A DNA stretch of 64,000 bases from Nostoc sp. (GCF_036917615.1 NZ_JBALCZ010000040.1:80292-144291), one strand, 5' to 3'. Shown: positions 38,291-48,595, counted from the stretch's first letter. Notes: generated by a model from the sequence alone, not told the origin. A program made the numbers and translations.

Positions 38291-39073
38291 TTAAAATTCC
38301 ACAATTACTGGCACATGATCGCTAGGTTGGGTTAATTTCCTGGGTGCGACATCAATGATGCAACTTTTAGCACGCTCATATAGCATGGGTGTAAGATAGT
38401 GATGGTCAATCCGCCAACCTAAGTTGCGACGGAAGGCAGCGGCGCGATAATCCCACCAGCTATAATTTCCGCCTTCTGTGGTGAATTTGCGAAAAGCATC
38501 GGCAAATCCCAGTGTCAGAATATCCCGTAAGGCTTGGCGCTCTATATCTGTTGCCATAATATGATTTTCTGTACTCACTTGCTCGTGAATATCCTTGTCT
38601 TCCAGTGCGATGTTGAAGTCTCCGCACACACAAATTGCAGGTTGTGACAGCACGAGCAATCGCAAATACTCGCGTAGCGCTGTCAACCAGCGCAGTTTAT
38701 ATTCATATTTTTCAGTTCCTACTGCTGCGCCATTGGGAACATATAAGTTCACAATCCGAACACCATCAATTACACCTGTAATCACCCGCTTTTGGTCATC
38801 CCATTCGGGATGTAAATCTGGCAAAATCGCCCTCAAGCCGCTACTTACGTCTAGGAGTGGCTGGCGGCTAATCAGGGCTACGCCGTTATAAGATTTTTGT
38901 CCTGATATATAAAGGTTATAGCCTAACTGCTCAAAAGGCGATCGCGGAAACTCCGCATCCACAACTTTGATTTCTTGCAAGCAGAGAACATCAACGGGAT
39001 TCAGGGTTAACCAGTCGGTAACCTGTTCAAGGCGAGTGCGAATTGAGTTGACGTTCCAAGTAGCGATTTTCAT
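38291..39073 (-). CDS. xthA: Exodeoxyribonuclease III
   Basis: 260 aa with MKIATWNVNSIR, LQEIK and C-terminal SDHVPV. Confidence 0.92.
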   Translation of the reverse strand: MKIATWNVNSIRTRLEQVTDWLTLNPVDVLCLQEIKVVDAEFPRSPFEQLGYNLYISGQKSYNGVALISRQPLLDVSSGLRAILPDLHPEWDDQKRVITGVIDGVRIVNLYVPNGAAVGTEKYEYKLRWLTALREYLRLLVLSQPAICVCGDFNIALEDKDIHEQVSTENHIMATDIERQALRDILTLGFADAFRKFTTEGGNYSWWDYRAAAFRRNLGWRIDHHYLTPMLYERAKSCIIDVAPRKLTQPSDHVPVIVEF

Positions 39074-39531
39074 TAGTTAGTTATCAGAGTTTTTATAAAT
39101 TACTAATTACAAATTATGTAATCTTTGTACAATTATTTAACATTTATAATTTCTGTTCCATTTCCCAATTGCATTTAAACGAAGCTTTAATCACTTGATC
39201 CCATTGAGTATTTTAGTGTTGTCAACTACAAAATATTCAATTTGGTAAGTTCTGCTACAAAACATTCTACTTCATTATGATCCCCAAGACAGATGCAACA
39301 ATTAATTGATTGGCTCTAGGCTAGAAGTATAGCTCAGTGTTGACTTTTGCCGATAGTCCTTACGATTTGTCGGGAGAAAATTTGCGGTACGGTTAACCGT
39401 TATTACGCTTTTGGTAGCCTGTTAGGTTAATTTAAATGTCAAAAGAGTAAGTACAAATGCTCTGTTCTCATACAATAATGACGCAACTCATTATATTGAG
39501 AACAATTTCATAGAGTGAACCGAAAAAACTT

Positions 39532-40602
39532 ATGAAAATCGCTCAAGTCGCCCCCTTATGGGAAAGGGTTCCACCTCCTAATTATGGAGGAATAGAACTG
39601 GTAGTGAGTCGCTTGACCGATGAACTTGTTCGTCGCGGTCATGAGGTAACTTTGTTTGCCTCTGGCGATTCTCAAACTTTGGCTCATTTAAAAGCAGTTT
39701 ATCCGTGTGCATTGCGCTTAGACCCAAATGTCAAAGAGTATGCAGTGTACGAAATGCTGGAACTGAGCGAAGTTTATCAAGGTGCTGCCCAATTCGATAT
39801 TATCCATTCTCATTTAGGGATTTCGGCATTACCTTTAGCGAGTTTGATAACAGTAACTTCTACAGTGCACACCCTGCACGGTAATTTTACAAAAGACAAC
39901 CGTCACGCATTTAGCTACCACCAAAAGCAACCATACGTCAGCATTAGTAACTCACAGCGTCAAATCGATCTTAATTATATTGGCACGGTTTATAACGGCA
40001 TTGAGCTAGCAGATTACCCATTCGTAGCTCAACCGTCAGAACCTCCATATTTGGCATTTTTAGGTCGTTTTTCGCCAGAGAAAGGGCCACAACATGCGAT
40101 CGCTATTGCAAAGCAGAGTGGTTGGCGCTTGAAGATGGCAGGAAAGGTTGATTTAGTAGACTCTAAGTTTTTTGAACAAGAGATTGCCCCCTATATAGAT
40201 GGTCAGCAAATCGAATATCTAGGCGAAATTAACCACGCCGAAAAGGCTGAACTTCTGGGCAATGCTGCCATAACTCTTTTCCCCATTAGCTGGCAAGAAC
40301 CTTTTGGCTTAGTAATGATTGAATCAATGGCAACTGGTACACCAGTAATTGCCATGAATTTAGGCTCCGTACCTGAGGTAATTGCCCACGATAAAACAGG
40401 TTTTATCTGCAAAAGCTATGCAGAAATGGCGGCAATGATTCCACTAGCTTTGGAACTCAATCGTGAAACCTGTCGAGAATATGTAGAAAACAACTTTAGC
40501 GTTAGCCAAATGGTTAACGGATATGAAGCTGTTTACAGACAAGTTATTAAAGACCGCATAGAATCGAATGGCCGGATTCATGCAGCTAACATCCAGTTTT
40601 AA
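39532..40602 (+). CDS. Glycosyltransferase family 4 (GT-B fold)
   Basis: 356 aa with GGIELVV near the N-terminus and the E-x7-E motif EPFGLVMIESMATGTPVI. Confidence 0.85.
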   Translation: MKIAQVAPLWERVPPPNYGGIELVVSRLTDELVRRGHEVTLFASGDSQTLAHLKAVYPCALRLDPNVKEYAVYEMLELSEVYQGAAQFDIIHSHLGISALPLASLITVTSTVHTLHGNFTKDNRHAFSYHQKQPYVSISNSQRQIDLNYIGTVYNGIELADYPFVAQPSEPPYLAFLGRFSPEKGPQHAIAIAKQSGWRLKMAGKVDLVDSKFFEQEIAPYIDGQQIEYLGEINHAEKAELLGNAAITLFPISWQEPFGLVMIESMATGTPVIAMNLGSVPEVIAHDKTGFICKSYAEMAAMIPLALELNRETCREYVENNFSVSQMVNGYEAVYRQVIKDRIESNGRIHAANIQF

Positions 40603-40657
40603 TCAATTGCTTTTTTATCCAGCTTAAACAATAACTTTTTTTAAGGAGAACATTAGT

Positions 40658-40843
40658 ATGAGTACGAGAGCCAACACCTGCCCATGTTGCGGTGGTTCCC
40701 TGCTGCGTCATGCCCGTCATGGTGAACTATATTGGTTTTGCCTGTCGTGCCGACAAGAAGTACCGCTATTAACTGTTACTCGCTTGCCTAATGTGGAAAC
40801 CCGGAACACCGGAGTGGTTCCTCAGCCAGTGGTGAATTCCTAG
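40658..40843 (+). CDS. Small zinc-ribbon protein (61 aa)
   Basis: CPCC...CLSC cysteine pairs, with aaggag upstream of the ATG. Confidence 0.55.
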   Translation: MSTRANTCPCCGGSLLRHARHGELYWFCLSCRQEVPLLTVTRLPNVETRNTGVVPQPVVNS

Positions 40844-40932
40844 TTTTACGGCATTTGAGATTAATAAAAGCCTACTAGAAATCAAGACTAATTTGTTTAA
40901 ACCTATTAACTATCTTCAACTGATAAAATCGG

Positions 40933-41982
40933 ATGGAGCTAATTGATAGGTTTAAAGCTTTGTTAGCAGCATTACTTTATGGTCAAGAAGATTTACGCTT
41001 AGAGAAAGTTGCTGACCCCACTCCGGCGGCTGGCGAAGTTGTGATCCAGGTGGGGGTAGCAACAACTTGTGGTACAGATTTGAAAGTTTGGCGGCGTGGT
41101 GGTCATGCCAAGATGCTGATACCGCCGACGCTATTTGGTCACGAAGCTGCTGGACGAATTGTTGCCTTGGGTGCAGGTGTGACCGGTTGGCAAGTGGGCG
41201 ATCGCATCGTCGCTAATAATTCCGCTCCATGCTGCCATTGCTTTTTTTGTCAACGCCAAGAGTATTCATTATGTCCGAATCTTACCTGGAATAATGGAAC
41301 TTTTGCGGAATACATGAAAATTCCCGCAGCTATAGTACAGCATAATTTGTTACAAATTCCCGATGAGTTGCCGTGGGAATTGGCAGCGATGACAGAACCC
41401 TTAGCTTGTGTGTTACATGGTGTAGCCCGTTCTAATATCAAAGCCAAAGATCAAGTAGTCGTCTTAGGAGATGGGGCGATTGGGCTGATGTTTGTGGCGG
41501 TCTTGAGTGGGAAAGCTGAGGTGTTGCTGTGGGGAGGTAATAACCACAGGCTAGAAATTGGTCAGAAATTGGGTGCAACCCAGACCTTTAATTATCATCA
41601 AATCCCGGATATTCCCAGTGTGGTGAAAGAACTTACTCAAGGATGGGGCGCAGATGTAGTGATTGAAGCAACTGGTGTACCAAGTGTTTGGGAAACTGCG
41701 ATCGCCTGCACCCGTCCTGGTGCAACAGTCAACTTATTCGGTGGATGTCCACGGGATACCAGCATTACCGTGAATACAGAACAGCTACACTACAGCGAAC
41801 TTACTATTAAAGGCGTGTTTCATAATACACCAGAATATGTGCGGGAGGCGCTGGCACTGATCGCTAGTCGCAAAATTCCCTTTGAGTTACTTATTAGTGA
41901 ACAGCGGCCATTAAAAGATTTAGAACAGGTGTTTTGTGAGATGAAGGCGCGTCAGGTTATTAAGGTAGCGATGATTCCTTAG
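40933..41982 (+). CDS. Zn-dependent medium-chain alcohol/polyol dehydrogenase
   Basis: 349 aa with GHEAAG, GDRIV, a structural-zinc Cys cluster (CCHCFFCQRQEYSLC) and the Rossmann motif GDGAIG. Confidence 0.88.
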   Translation: MELIDRFKALLAALLYGQEDLRLEKVADPTPAAGEVVIQVGVATTCGTDLKVWRRGGHAKMLIPPTLFGHEAAGRIVALGAGVTGWQVGDRIVANNSAPCCHCFFCQRQEYSLCPNLTWNNGTFAEYMKIPAAIVQHNLLQIPDELPWELAAMTEPLACVLHGVARSNIKAKDQVVVLGDGAIGLMFVAVLSGKAEVLLWGGNNHRLEIGQKLGATQTFNYHQIPDIPSVVKELTQGWGADVVIEATGVPSVWETAIACTRPGATVNLFGGCPRDTSITVNTEQLHYSELTIKGVFHNTPEYVREALALIASRKIPFELLISEQRPLKDLEQVFCEMKARQVIKVAMIP

Positions 41983-42091
41983 TACAGCATTTGATTAATT
42001 CGTAGCGAATTAATTAAAGGCAATACCCCGCATTGTTAATGCGTCGGCTTGCATTAACAATGCATTCCCTTGGAATGTTAATGATGATTTT

Positions 42092-43711
42092 CTACAATCG
42101 ATTAGTATCTTTTGTAATTAACTTCCAGCCTTCAGCTTGGTCAATTAGCTTCATCGACTCTAGTTGGAGATTGTTGAAAGCAGATACATGAAGGAGAAAG
42201 TAGGGTTGGCCGTTGTAGTGCCAATAATATTGCAGTTCACCAACAGAAGCGGGAATAATCGTGCGATCGCTATAATAATCCAACGAGGGACGAGAGTAGG
42301 GAAAAGATGTGTAAATCTTCTTCGTAGCTGGATTTGCCCGCACGATCATCGCAGCGACTGGTTTAACTGGATAGGCTTCAGATAATTCCCAAACCCAGTA
42401 GTTAGATTTCATTAACAGCAGCAGCGAAATATAACTTCCCCAAAACAAAATCTTTAGAAATTGCCCGTCGCCTCGTTCTGCCAAAATAGCTGCCAAGGTC
42501 ATTGTTAAAGCTATCGCGGCAAAAATCAGTTGTAAGTCTGTTTTCGGTGTCGTACCCCAACTAAAATAAATGCTACCAGCAGAAGCGACTACAGCAAGTA
42601 TCGCCAAACCAGCGACCCAAGCACGGGGATAGGATGAGAGTAAAGGCGAATTTTCCGTCTCTGATAACTGGATGCCAAAAGCTAAGGCTAAACTTGGGTA
42701 AATCGGGAATAAATACCAGGGAACTTTGGTAATCATGAAGGAAATTACCAGCAGATAAACACCACTCCACGCCATTACTAGTTTTGCCCAGCTAAGATTG
42801 CGATTTTCCCAGGTTAAGCGGATAGTTTGCGGTAAGAATAATAACCACGGCCATGTGTACTTAAGAAGTTCAATCACATAGTACCAAGGTGGTTCAGAAT
42901 TACCCTCTACAAATGAGCCAATTCGGCCTAGTGATGGGTTTACAAGGCCAATCTGAGCGAAAGTGTAACCATAGTGAATTAGTTGGGCACTATACCAACC
43001 AGCTACAGGCAGAATGCCAATGAAGATTGCTATCCACAGATAGTAACAGGTGAGCAATCGTGGCGTATCCCAAAACAGAAATACGATCGCGATCGCACCT
43101 AGTAATACGCCTAGCAGTCCTTGAGTCAGGCAAATCAACCCAAAACTAATACCAACACCCAGGCAATAACGTAAATCTCGGCGCGATCGCAACACGCACA
43201 ACATCATCACCATCAAAAAACTTACCATCGCCCCATCCAACATTGCCAACCGCCCATGACGCACCACAGGTAGCATTGTTAGATAAATCAAGGCGCTATA
43301 AATAGCAGCCCAACGCTGGCGAAATATCTCTCTAGCAATGCAATACAGTAAAGGTACAGATGTCGCTGTTAAAATTGCTCCAGGTAGGCGCGTTGTCAAC
43401 TCATTTTCGCCTCCTAGAGAATAAGCCCAAGCAATTAGTAAATGCATCAAAGGCGGCTTGTTATAGTATGGTTCGCCTCCTAGCGTTGGGTAAAGCCAAC
43501 GCATTGAACCTGCTGGTGCGTGCCAAATTTCACGAGCAACCTGTGCCACAGTCCCTTCATCCCAATCTCGCAACGGCAATCCTCCCAGATTGATGCTAAA
43601 TAGTAACATTGCCGCCAACAGCAATACTATTAGCCATACCCAATCAATCCATTTGCCAACCGTGCGATGCTGTTTTTCTAGATGACTCCAAATAAAGCTT
43701 CCTTCTTGCAT
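42092..43711 (-). CDS. ArnT/PMT-like (GT39/GT83) polytopic membrane glycosyltransferase
   Basis: 539 aa with many TM helices and an acidic first-loop motif RDWDEG. Confidence 0.8.
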   Translation of the reverse strand: MQEGSFIWSHLEKQHRTVGKWIDWVWLIVLLLAAMLLFSINLGGLPLRDWDEGTVAQVAREIWHAPAGSMRWLYPTLGGEPYYNKPPLMHLLIAWAYSLGGENELTTRLPGAILTATSVPLLYCIAREIFRQRWAAIYSALIYLTMLPVVRHGRLAMLDGAMVSFLMVMMLCVLRSRRDLRYCLGVGISFGLICLTQGLLGVLLGAIAIVFLFWDTPRLLTCYYLWIAIFIGILPVAGWYSAQLIHYGYTFAQIGLVNPSLGRIGSFVEGNSEPPWYYVIELLKYTWPWLLFLPQTIRLTWENRNLSWAKLVMAWSGVYLLVISFMITKVPWYLFPIYPSLALAFGIQLSETENSPLLSSYPRAWVAGLAILAVVASAGSIYFSWGTTPKTDLQLIFAAIALTMTLAAILAERGDGQFLKILFWGSYISLLLLMKSNYWVWELSEAYPVKPVAAMIVRANPATKKIYTSFPYSRPSLDYYSDRTIIPASVGELQYYWHYNGQPYFLLHVSAFNNLQLESMKLIDQAEGWKLITKDTNRL

Positions 43712-44333
43712 ATTCTCTGGTAATCATTTTACTTGCTGGTTTGATTACATAGAGACCAGAGCGAATCTCCAATGTTGCCACCCAGTAGCAACGTATATTC
43801 TTAACAATTGCTAGTTTCCAAGATTAACTCAACTTTCTCTAATTAGCGCTATTTTTTGAAAAATTTATCTTAGTTAGTTAAATAACATTTAAGCCAATAA
43901 ATGATAAAAACAATACAGGTAATTAATTATTTATTACCTATTGAGTATTCCGTAAATTAACTTGTATTTTATTTTTAAGGTGACGCTTAGTTTAAATTTT
44001 ACCTACTTAATTTTCATCTGGCTAAATTCCGAAAACTAGGAAATAATTGCTACAGAGTTTCAATGCTCTGCTGAACAACTAAAGAAATTAGTTGTAATCT
44101 CTCTAGATTTTTATTTTAATAATAATACATAGTTATTTAGCTTTTAAAAAAACCAAATTTAATTATCAATAATTGAAATCAAGATAATTATTGAATAAAA
44201 TTATTTAAATGAGCAAATTTTAATATTTTAATTTTAATTAAGCGACTCTTTAATTTTAATCTTTCTGTTATAATTTTATCTAAAAGCACTTGAGCATCAT
44301 AAAAAATAGCTAGAAAATTATGGGAGCCTGTCA

Positions 44334-45518
44334 ATGAATTTACCTGTAGTTGTGGATATTACTATTGGCTTAGTTTTTATTTACTTGATTTTGAGCTTAA
44401 TAGCTTCCGAAATTCAGGAACTGATTGCCACATTTTTACAATGGAGAGCTAAACATTTAAAACATTCAATAGAATTACTTTTAGCAGGTGGTAGCGAAAC
44501 TGAAAAATCAGAGTTTGAGAAGGCACAAGAGTTAGTGCAGGAGCTTTATCAAGATCCTTTAATTAATACTTTAAATCAACAAGCTAAGGGAAAAGTAGAA
44601 TATCTGTTACGGGAGAATGCTAAAAATAGTGACAAAAAAACCAGAAAAGCATTAGGAAACAAACAAAGCGCCCCTTCATATCTTCCTTCGGAAACATTTG
44701 CAAGTAGCTTATTAAATGCCTTAAAAATTCCCCAGTTAATTACTTATGTAAAACATCCTAGTGACGAATTTAAAACTAACTTGTACATGATCTTAGCATC
44801 TTATAAGGAACTTAAAACAGGAATTAATGATCCCAATAGTGAGAGTTACAAAAAAATTAAACAAGTTTATGGAGATTTTGATCAAAAGTTTATAGACTTT
44901 GTTAATAATGATTTACCTGATTATGTACCTAATAATTTAATTACGAGTCTTGGGATTATTGGTCAACGTAGTCGGATAAAAATTGATGACCTCTCAGAAG
45001 AAGTGAATCAGTTTAAAAATGAAGTTGAAACATGGTTTGACCGCTCTATGGATCGAGCAAGTGGTGTTTATAAGCGTAATGCCAAAGGAGTTGCAATTTT
45101 AATTGGAATATTAGTTGCAATATTAACCAATACTGATACATTTCACCTCGCGAAAAGACTGTCGCAGGATTCGGTTATCCGCTCTGCGATTACTCAAAGT
45201 GCAAGTCAACGAACCGATTTTATCAAAGATCCAGAAGCCAGAAAGGAAATTGAGAAAGTTTTAGGAAATGCTTCTATACCTATTGGATGGCAAAATATCA
45301 ATCAACAGTTTGAGCTAGATACTCAAGGCTCGAATAGGGGAAACGTTTTATTAATCATTTGGCAGGGTTTGAAATTAATTTGCGGTTGGATACTGACTGG
45401 TTTAGCTGTTGCGATGGGTGCGCCTTTTTGGTTTGATATCCTTAATAAAGTTATCAATGTGCGGAATTCAGGGCCAAAACCTGTTGCGTATACTAAGGAT
45501 CAACCTTCTCAGAAATAG
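44334..45518 (+). CDS. Hypothetical membrane protein encoded by an AT-rich gene
   Basis: 394 aa with an N-terminal TM and two C-terminal TM helices ending GAPFWFDILNKV. Confidence 0.6.
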   Translation: MNLPVVVDITIGLVFIYLILSLIASEIQELIATFLQWRAKHLKHSIELLLAGGSETEKSEFEKAQELVQELYQDPLINTLNQQAKGKVEYLLRENAKNSDKKTRKALGNKQSAPSYLPSETFASSLLNALKIPQLITYVKHPSDEFKTNLYMILASYKELKTGINDPNSESYKKIKQVYGDFDQKFIDFVNNDLPDYVPNNLITSLGIIGQRSRIKIDDLSEEVNQFKNEVETWFDRSMDRASGVYKRNAKGVAILIGILVAILTNTDTFHLAKRLSQDSVIRSAITQSASQRTDFIKDPEARKEIEKVLGNASIPIGWQNINQQFELDTQGSNRGNVLLIIWQGLKLICGWILTGLAVAMGAPFWFDILNKVINVRNSGPKPVAYTKDQPSQK

Positions 45519-45577
45519 AGTTTTACAGCAGTTTTCATTTATTTGAACCATATCTGTGGTAGAGAACATTGCTGTTC

Positions 45578-46165
45578 TCACCTACAGACCAAATTGGGCT
45601 GACTACCGTACAACCGAAACAACGGCTGGTGACTGGCTTTTACATTGCTATGCCGCAGATTGAAATCTGTTGGTTGGAGTCGATAATCGGCAAAAAGCCG
45701 CAGCAGTTCCGCTTCGTGTTCGACGGCAAACACCAAGAATAGATCTGGTCGGCGATCGCCAGTCAGAACATTGATCGCCTGATGCACTGGCTCAGGGATG
45801 AAGAACGGGGGATCAACGACAATCACATCAAATTCCCGGTTAATCGGCTGTGGCTCCCGCAAATCATAAGGGAGGAACTCCGCGAATTCGGCAAACTTCG
45901 GGTCGATGTCTAGAAGCGTCACCCGGCGCCCTCGTCGAGACCATTCGGCTGCAAGCCGAGGCGTACAAAGGCAACAGGGATTCGCATATACATCCAGCGC
46001 ACACACGAGCGCGGAAGCAGTTTGTTGTGTGAAGAAAATCTGGCTGAGTGTGAAGTCAGGAGGCACGAACTGGTCGATGGGGTCTACCCCAGACTCAAAC
46101 CACGGCTGACCAGGACCGATCGCCATCCGCTCCGTCAAAACCCGCTTCAGTTGATCTTTGTCCAT
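45578..46165 (-). CDS. Small SAM-dependent methyltransferase with DPPF motif (N6AMT2/EEF1AKMT1-like)
   Basis: 195 aa with VTLLDID and FDVIVVDPPFF. The gene is visibly more GC-rich than its neighbours. Confidence 0.55.
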   Translation of the reverse strand: MDKDQLKRVLTERMAIGPGQPWFESGVDPIDQFVPPDFTLSQIFFTQQTASALVCALDVYANPCCLCTPRLAAEWSRRGRRVTLLDIDPKFAEFAEFLPYDLREPQPINREFDVIVVDPPFFIPEPVHQAINVLTGDRRPDLFLVFAVEHEAELLRLFADYRLQPTDFNLRHSNVKASHQPLFRLYGSQPNLVCR

Positions 46166-46215
46166 ATGTAAACCTCTTTATCCTGAAATTATTAGTCGGT
46201 ACTGACAAAAAACGC

Positions 46216-47532
46216 TTAAAAAATAAAAATAATTTCTAGTTTTAATTCTTTATTCTGAAGAGTAATCTGAATTTGCCTGATGAATTCTCGAAAGTAAAAT
46301 CGTCGCTCTGTTTCTGACAAATCTAACCAAAATTGTGGTATGGAAACAGCTTGAGCAACAGAACGCAAGTTAACTGGAGGAAGAGTCGCTAACTTTGCTT
46401 CGAGTGCAGAAATTTCTGTGCGGAGTTTATAAGCCCTTAACTTTGCTGTTTCAACATCTAAAATTCCAGTTTCAATCAAAGCGGGTAACTGAGCAAGTAT
46501 TTCTTGCTGACGAGCGATCGCTTGTCCTAAACTATTCTTGACTGCATCCAATTGGGGAAAATTCATCCCCGCTACAGCTAAGGGTAAGTCACGGCAAACC
46601 GTTTCAATTGTATGTTCTAAAACCTCTTGATAGGGAATAGCCTTACACTTGGGGCTTTGAGGACAGCTAGTAGAACGTAAATAAAGATACTCCTTATCTT
46701 GATTGCGTTGGGTGACACGAGTAACTGTCATGTGTGATTGACACTCAGCACAGACTACCAACCCAGCTAAAGAACGTGGCGCACTAGCAGTTCGGGATGG
46801 TAAACGGCTGTTACGGCGTAAAAGTCGGTCAACTTGGGCTGCTTCTTCTTTAGAAATTATCGGAATATGGGTATTGGAGATAATTTCACCATTTTGGTAA
46901 GCTGTATTGCCGCGATAAACTGGATTAGTTAGCCAGCGTCTTCCTGTGGTGACAGAGATTTTTTTGGCGTATTTTTTCGCCAAGTAACGAACTGAACCCC
47001 GCAGGGAACCATAGAGTAAAAAGTGTTCAAAAAAATCTTTGACTACTGGTGAAGTACTGCGGTCAATGGTATATTTTCCCTTACCTCTGCGATAGCCGTA
47101 GGGAACTTTGCCGGGTGGCGGTGCAACATCGAGACGATTACGGGCGTGTCCTTCACGGATGCGACGACTACGTTGCTGACGTTGGATTGCGTGTAGCAAA
47201 TTCAGCAAGTCAGCGCCCAGAGGGTAATTTTCGGAAGTGTAGGGCTGTTCAGTGGCGATGATCGCTACTCCCATTGCTTCGAGTTGATGCAAGCGATCGC
47301 TAATTTCCTCTACAGTATCCCCTAATTCTTCCAACCGACGAATCAGGAGATAATCTGCTCCTTCAGTTTGGCAATCGGTAAATAATTGTTGTAATTGCGT
47401 TCGCGTAGCGTGTCCAAAGGACTCTGGCTTACCCAAATCTTCATAAACCTGATCCACCTCCCATCCCCAATCAGCTTGATCGGGAGAAGATTCTAATAGC
47501 GGATTGGTATAAGAGTAGGCAATGATTTTCAT
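46216..47532 (-). CDS. Large serine-recombinase-family protein with non-canonical catalytic positions
   Basis: 438 aa. Contains a resolvase-like N-domain, a recombinase domain (PYGYRRGKGKYTID...WLTNPVYRGN), a zinc ribbon (CAECQSH...CPQSPKC) and a C-terminal coiled coil. Confidence 0.75.
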   Translation of the reverse strand: MKIIAYSYTNPLLESSPDQADWGWEVDQVYEDLGKPESFGHATRTQLQQLFTDCQTEGADYLLIRRLEELGDTVEEISDRLHQLEAMGVAIIATEQPYTSENYPLGADLLNLLHAIQRQQRSRRIREGHARNRLDVAPPPGKVPYGYRRGKGKYTIDRSTSPVVKDFFEHFLLYGSLRGSVRYLAKKYAKKISVTTGRRWLTNPVYRGNTAYQNGEIISNTHIPIISKEEAAQVDRLLRRNSRLPSRTASAPRSLAGLVVCAECQSHMTVTRVTQRNQDKEYLYLRSTSCPQSPKCKAIPYQEVLEHTIETVCRDLPLAVAGMNFPQLDAVKNSLGQAIARQQEILAQLPALIETGILDVETAKLRAYKLRTEISALEAKLATLPPVNLRSVAQAVSIPQFWLDLSETERRFYFREFIRQIQITLQNKELKLEIIFIF

Positions 47533-47585
47533 TAGTCATTAGTCATTAGTCATTGGTCATTGGTCATTGGTCATTGGTCATTGGG
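47530..47585. repeat. Heptamer array (CATTAGT x3, CATTGGT x5) abutting the recombinase start codon
   Basis: Read directly. The first cat of the array is the reverse complement of the ATG. Confidence 0.85.
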
Positions 47586-47638
47586 ACAAAACAAGGTAGA
47601 GACTTTTTCAATAATTCCCCCTTGTCCCCTACTCCCCC

Positions 47639-47998
47639 TTACTGCTGACTCAACTCGATAATATTTCCATCTGGGTCTTTAGTGAACAGGGCAGCGCGAC
47701 CGGAAGCGCTGGCTTGAATGGGATAATTATGATTGAGGAATTGCTGTTTGGCGGCGTCTAAGTCAGTTACTGAGAAGGCGACGTGGGGATTACGTCCCCA
47801 TTTTTCGTTGGGGTTTTCGGTGGGGACAGTAGGTGCGACTATCAGGTGAATTTGATAGTCGCCGACTTGATACCATGCACCAGCGTAGTTTAAGGAACGA
47901 TCTATTTTGGATAATCCTAATACTTTGCCATAAAAGTGTTCGGAGCGTTCTAAGTCAGTGACAAGAATCGCTGTATGGAGACTTTGGGTAATTTGCAT
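47639..47998 (-). CDS. VOC/glyoxalase-family protein
   Basis: 119 aa with the pattern HTAILVTDLERSEHFYGKVLGL. Confidence 0.8.
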   Translation of the reverse strand: MQITQSLHTAILVTDLERSEHFYGKVLGLSKIDRSLNYAGAWYQVGDYQIHLIVAPTVPTENPNEKWGRNPHVAFSVTDLDAAKQQFLNHNYPIQASASGRAALFTKDPDGNIIELSQQ

Positions 47999-48136
47999 TG
48001 TTGGTAAGTGCGATCGCGTTTATTTAAATTTTGACGTAGTTTCAACCCTTGCGGGGAGTGGGGAAGCAAAATAGCAGGGGAGAATAATAATAACTGATGC
48101 TCCATGCCTAATAACCAAACTAAAAAATGAGGATAA

Positions 48137-48595
48137 ATGATGGATGCTCAATTAAGTCATACGGAAATGAATGTTGCACGGGGGATATTACAAGATTACG
48201 ATCCTGCACAACACGCATTGAATCACTTGGAAAAACACAATGGCAAAGTTGAAACCGCTTTTGAGGATTTGTGGATTGAGAAAAATGGACAACCGTTGAT
48301 GCAGCAAAGAAAATCACTTTGGCAAGTAACACTAAAGGTATTGCGTGAGGAACTCTGTGGCGATGATGGTTTTCGCGGCCAACTTCAAGATTACACGAAG
48401 AATCCAGGGAGTTCGCCCTTGCTGACAGGGTTGATTATCTCCCTTGTTGGTGTAGCGACGGCACACGGTTTGCCAATTGATCCAGCGATCGCAACTGTTA
48501 TTGTTTTATACATCCTCAAAATCGGCTTGAATATTTTTTGCGAATACACCGAAGCACCCGTTAGCAATTCTGGAACTCTAGCGCCAGGAAACTGA
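48137..48595 (+). CDS. Hypothetical protein with a hydrophobic C-terminal segment
   Basis: 152-aa ORF. No motif recognised. Confidence 0.45.
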   Translation: MMDAQLSHTEMNVARGILQDYDPAQHALNHLEKHNGKVETAFEDLWIEKNGQPLMQQRKSLWQVTLKVLREELCGDDGFRGQLQDYTKNPGSSPLLTGLIISLVGVATAHGLPIDPAIATVIVLYILKIGLNIFCEYTEAPVSNSGTLAPGN

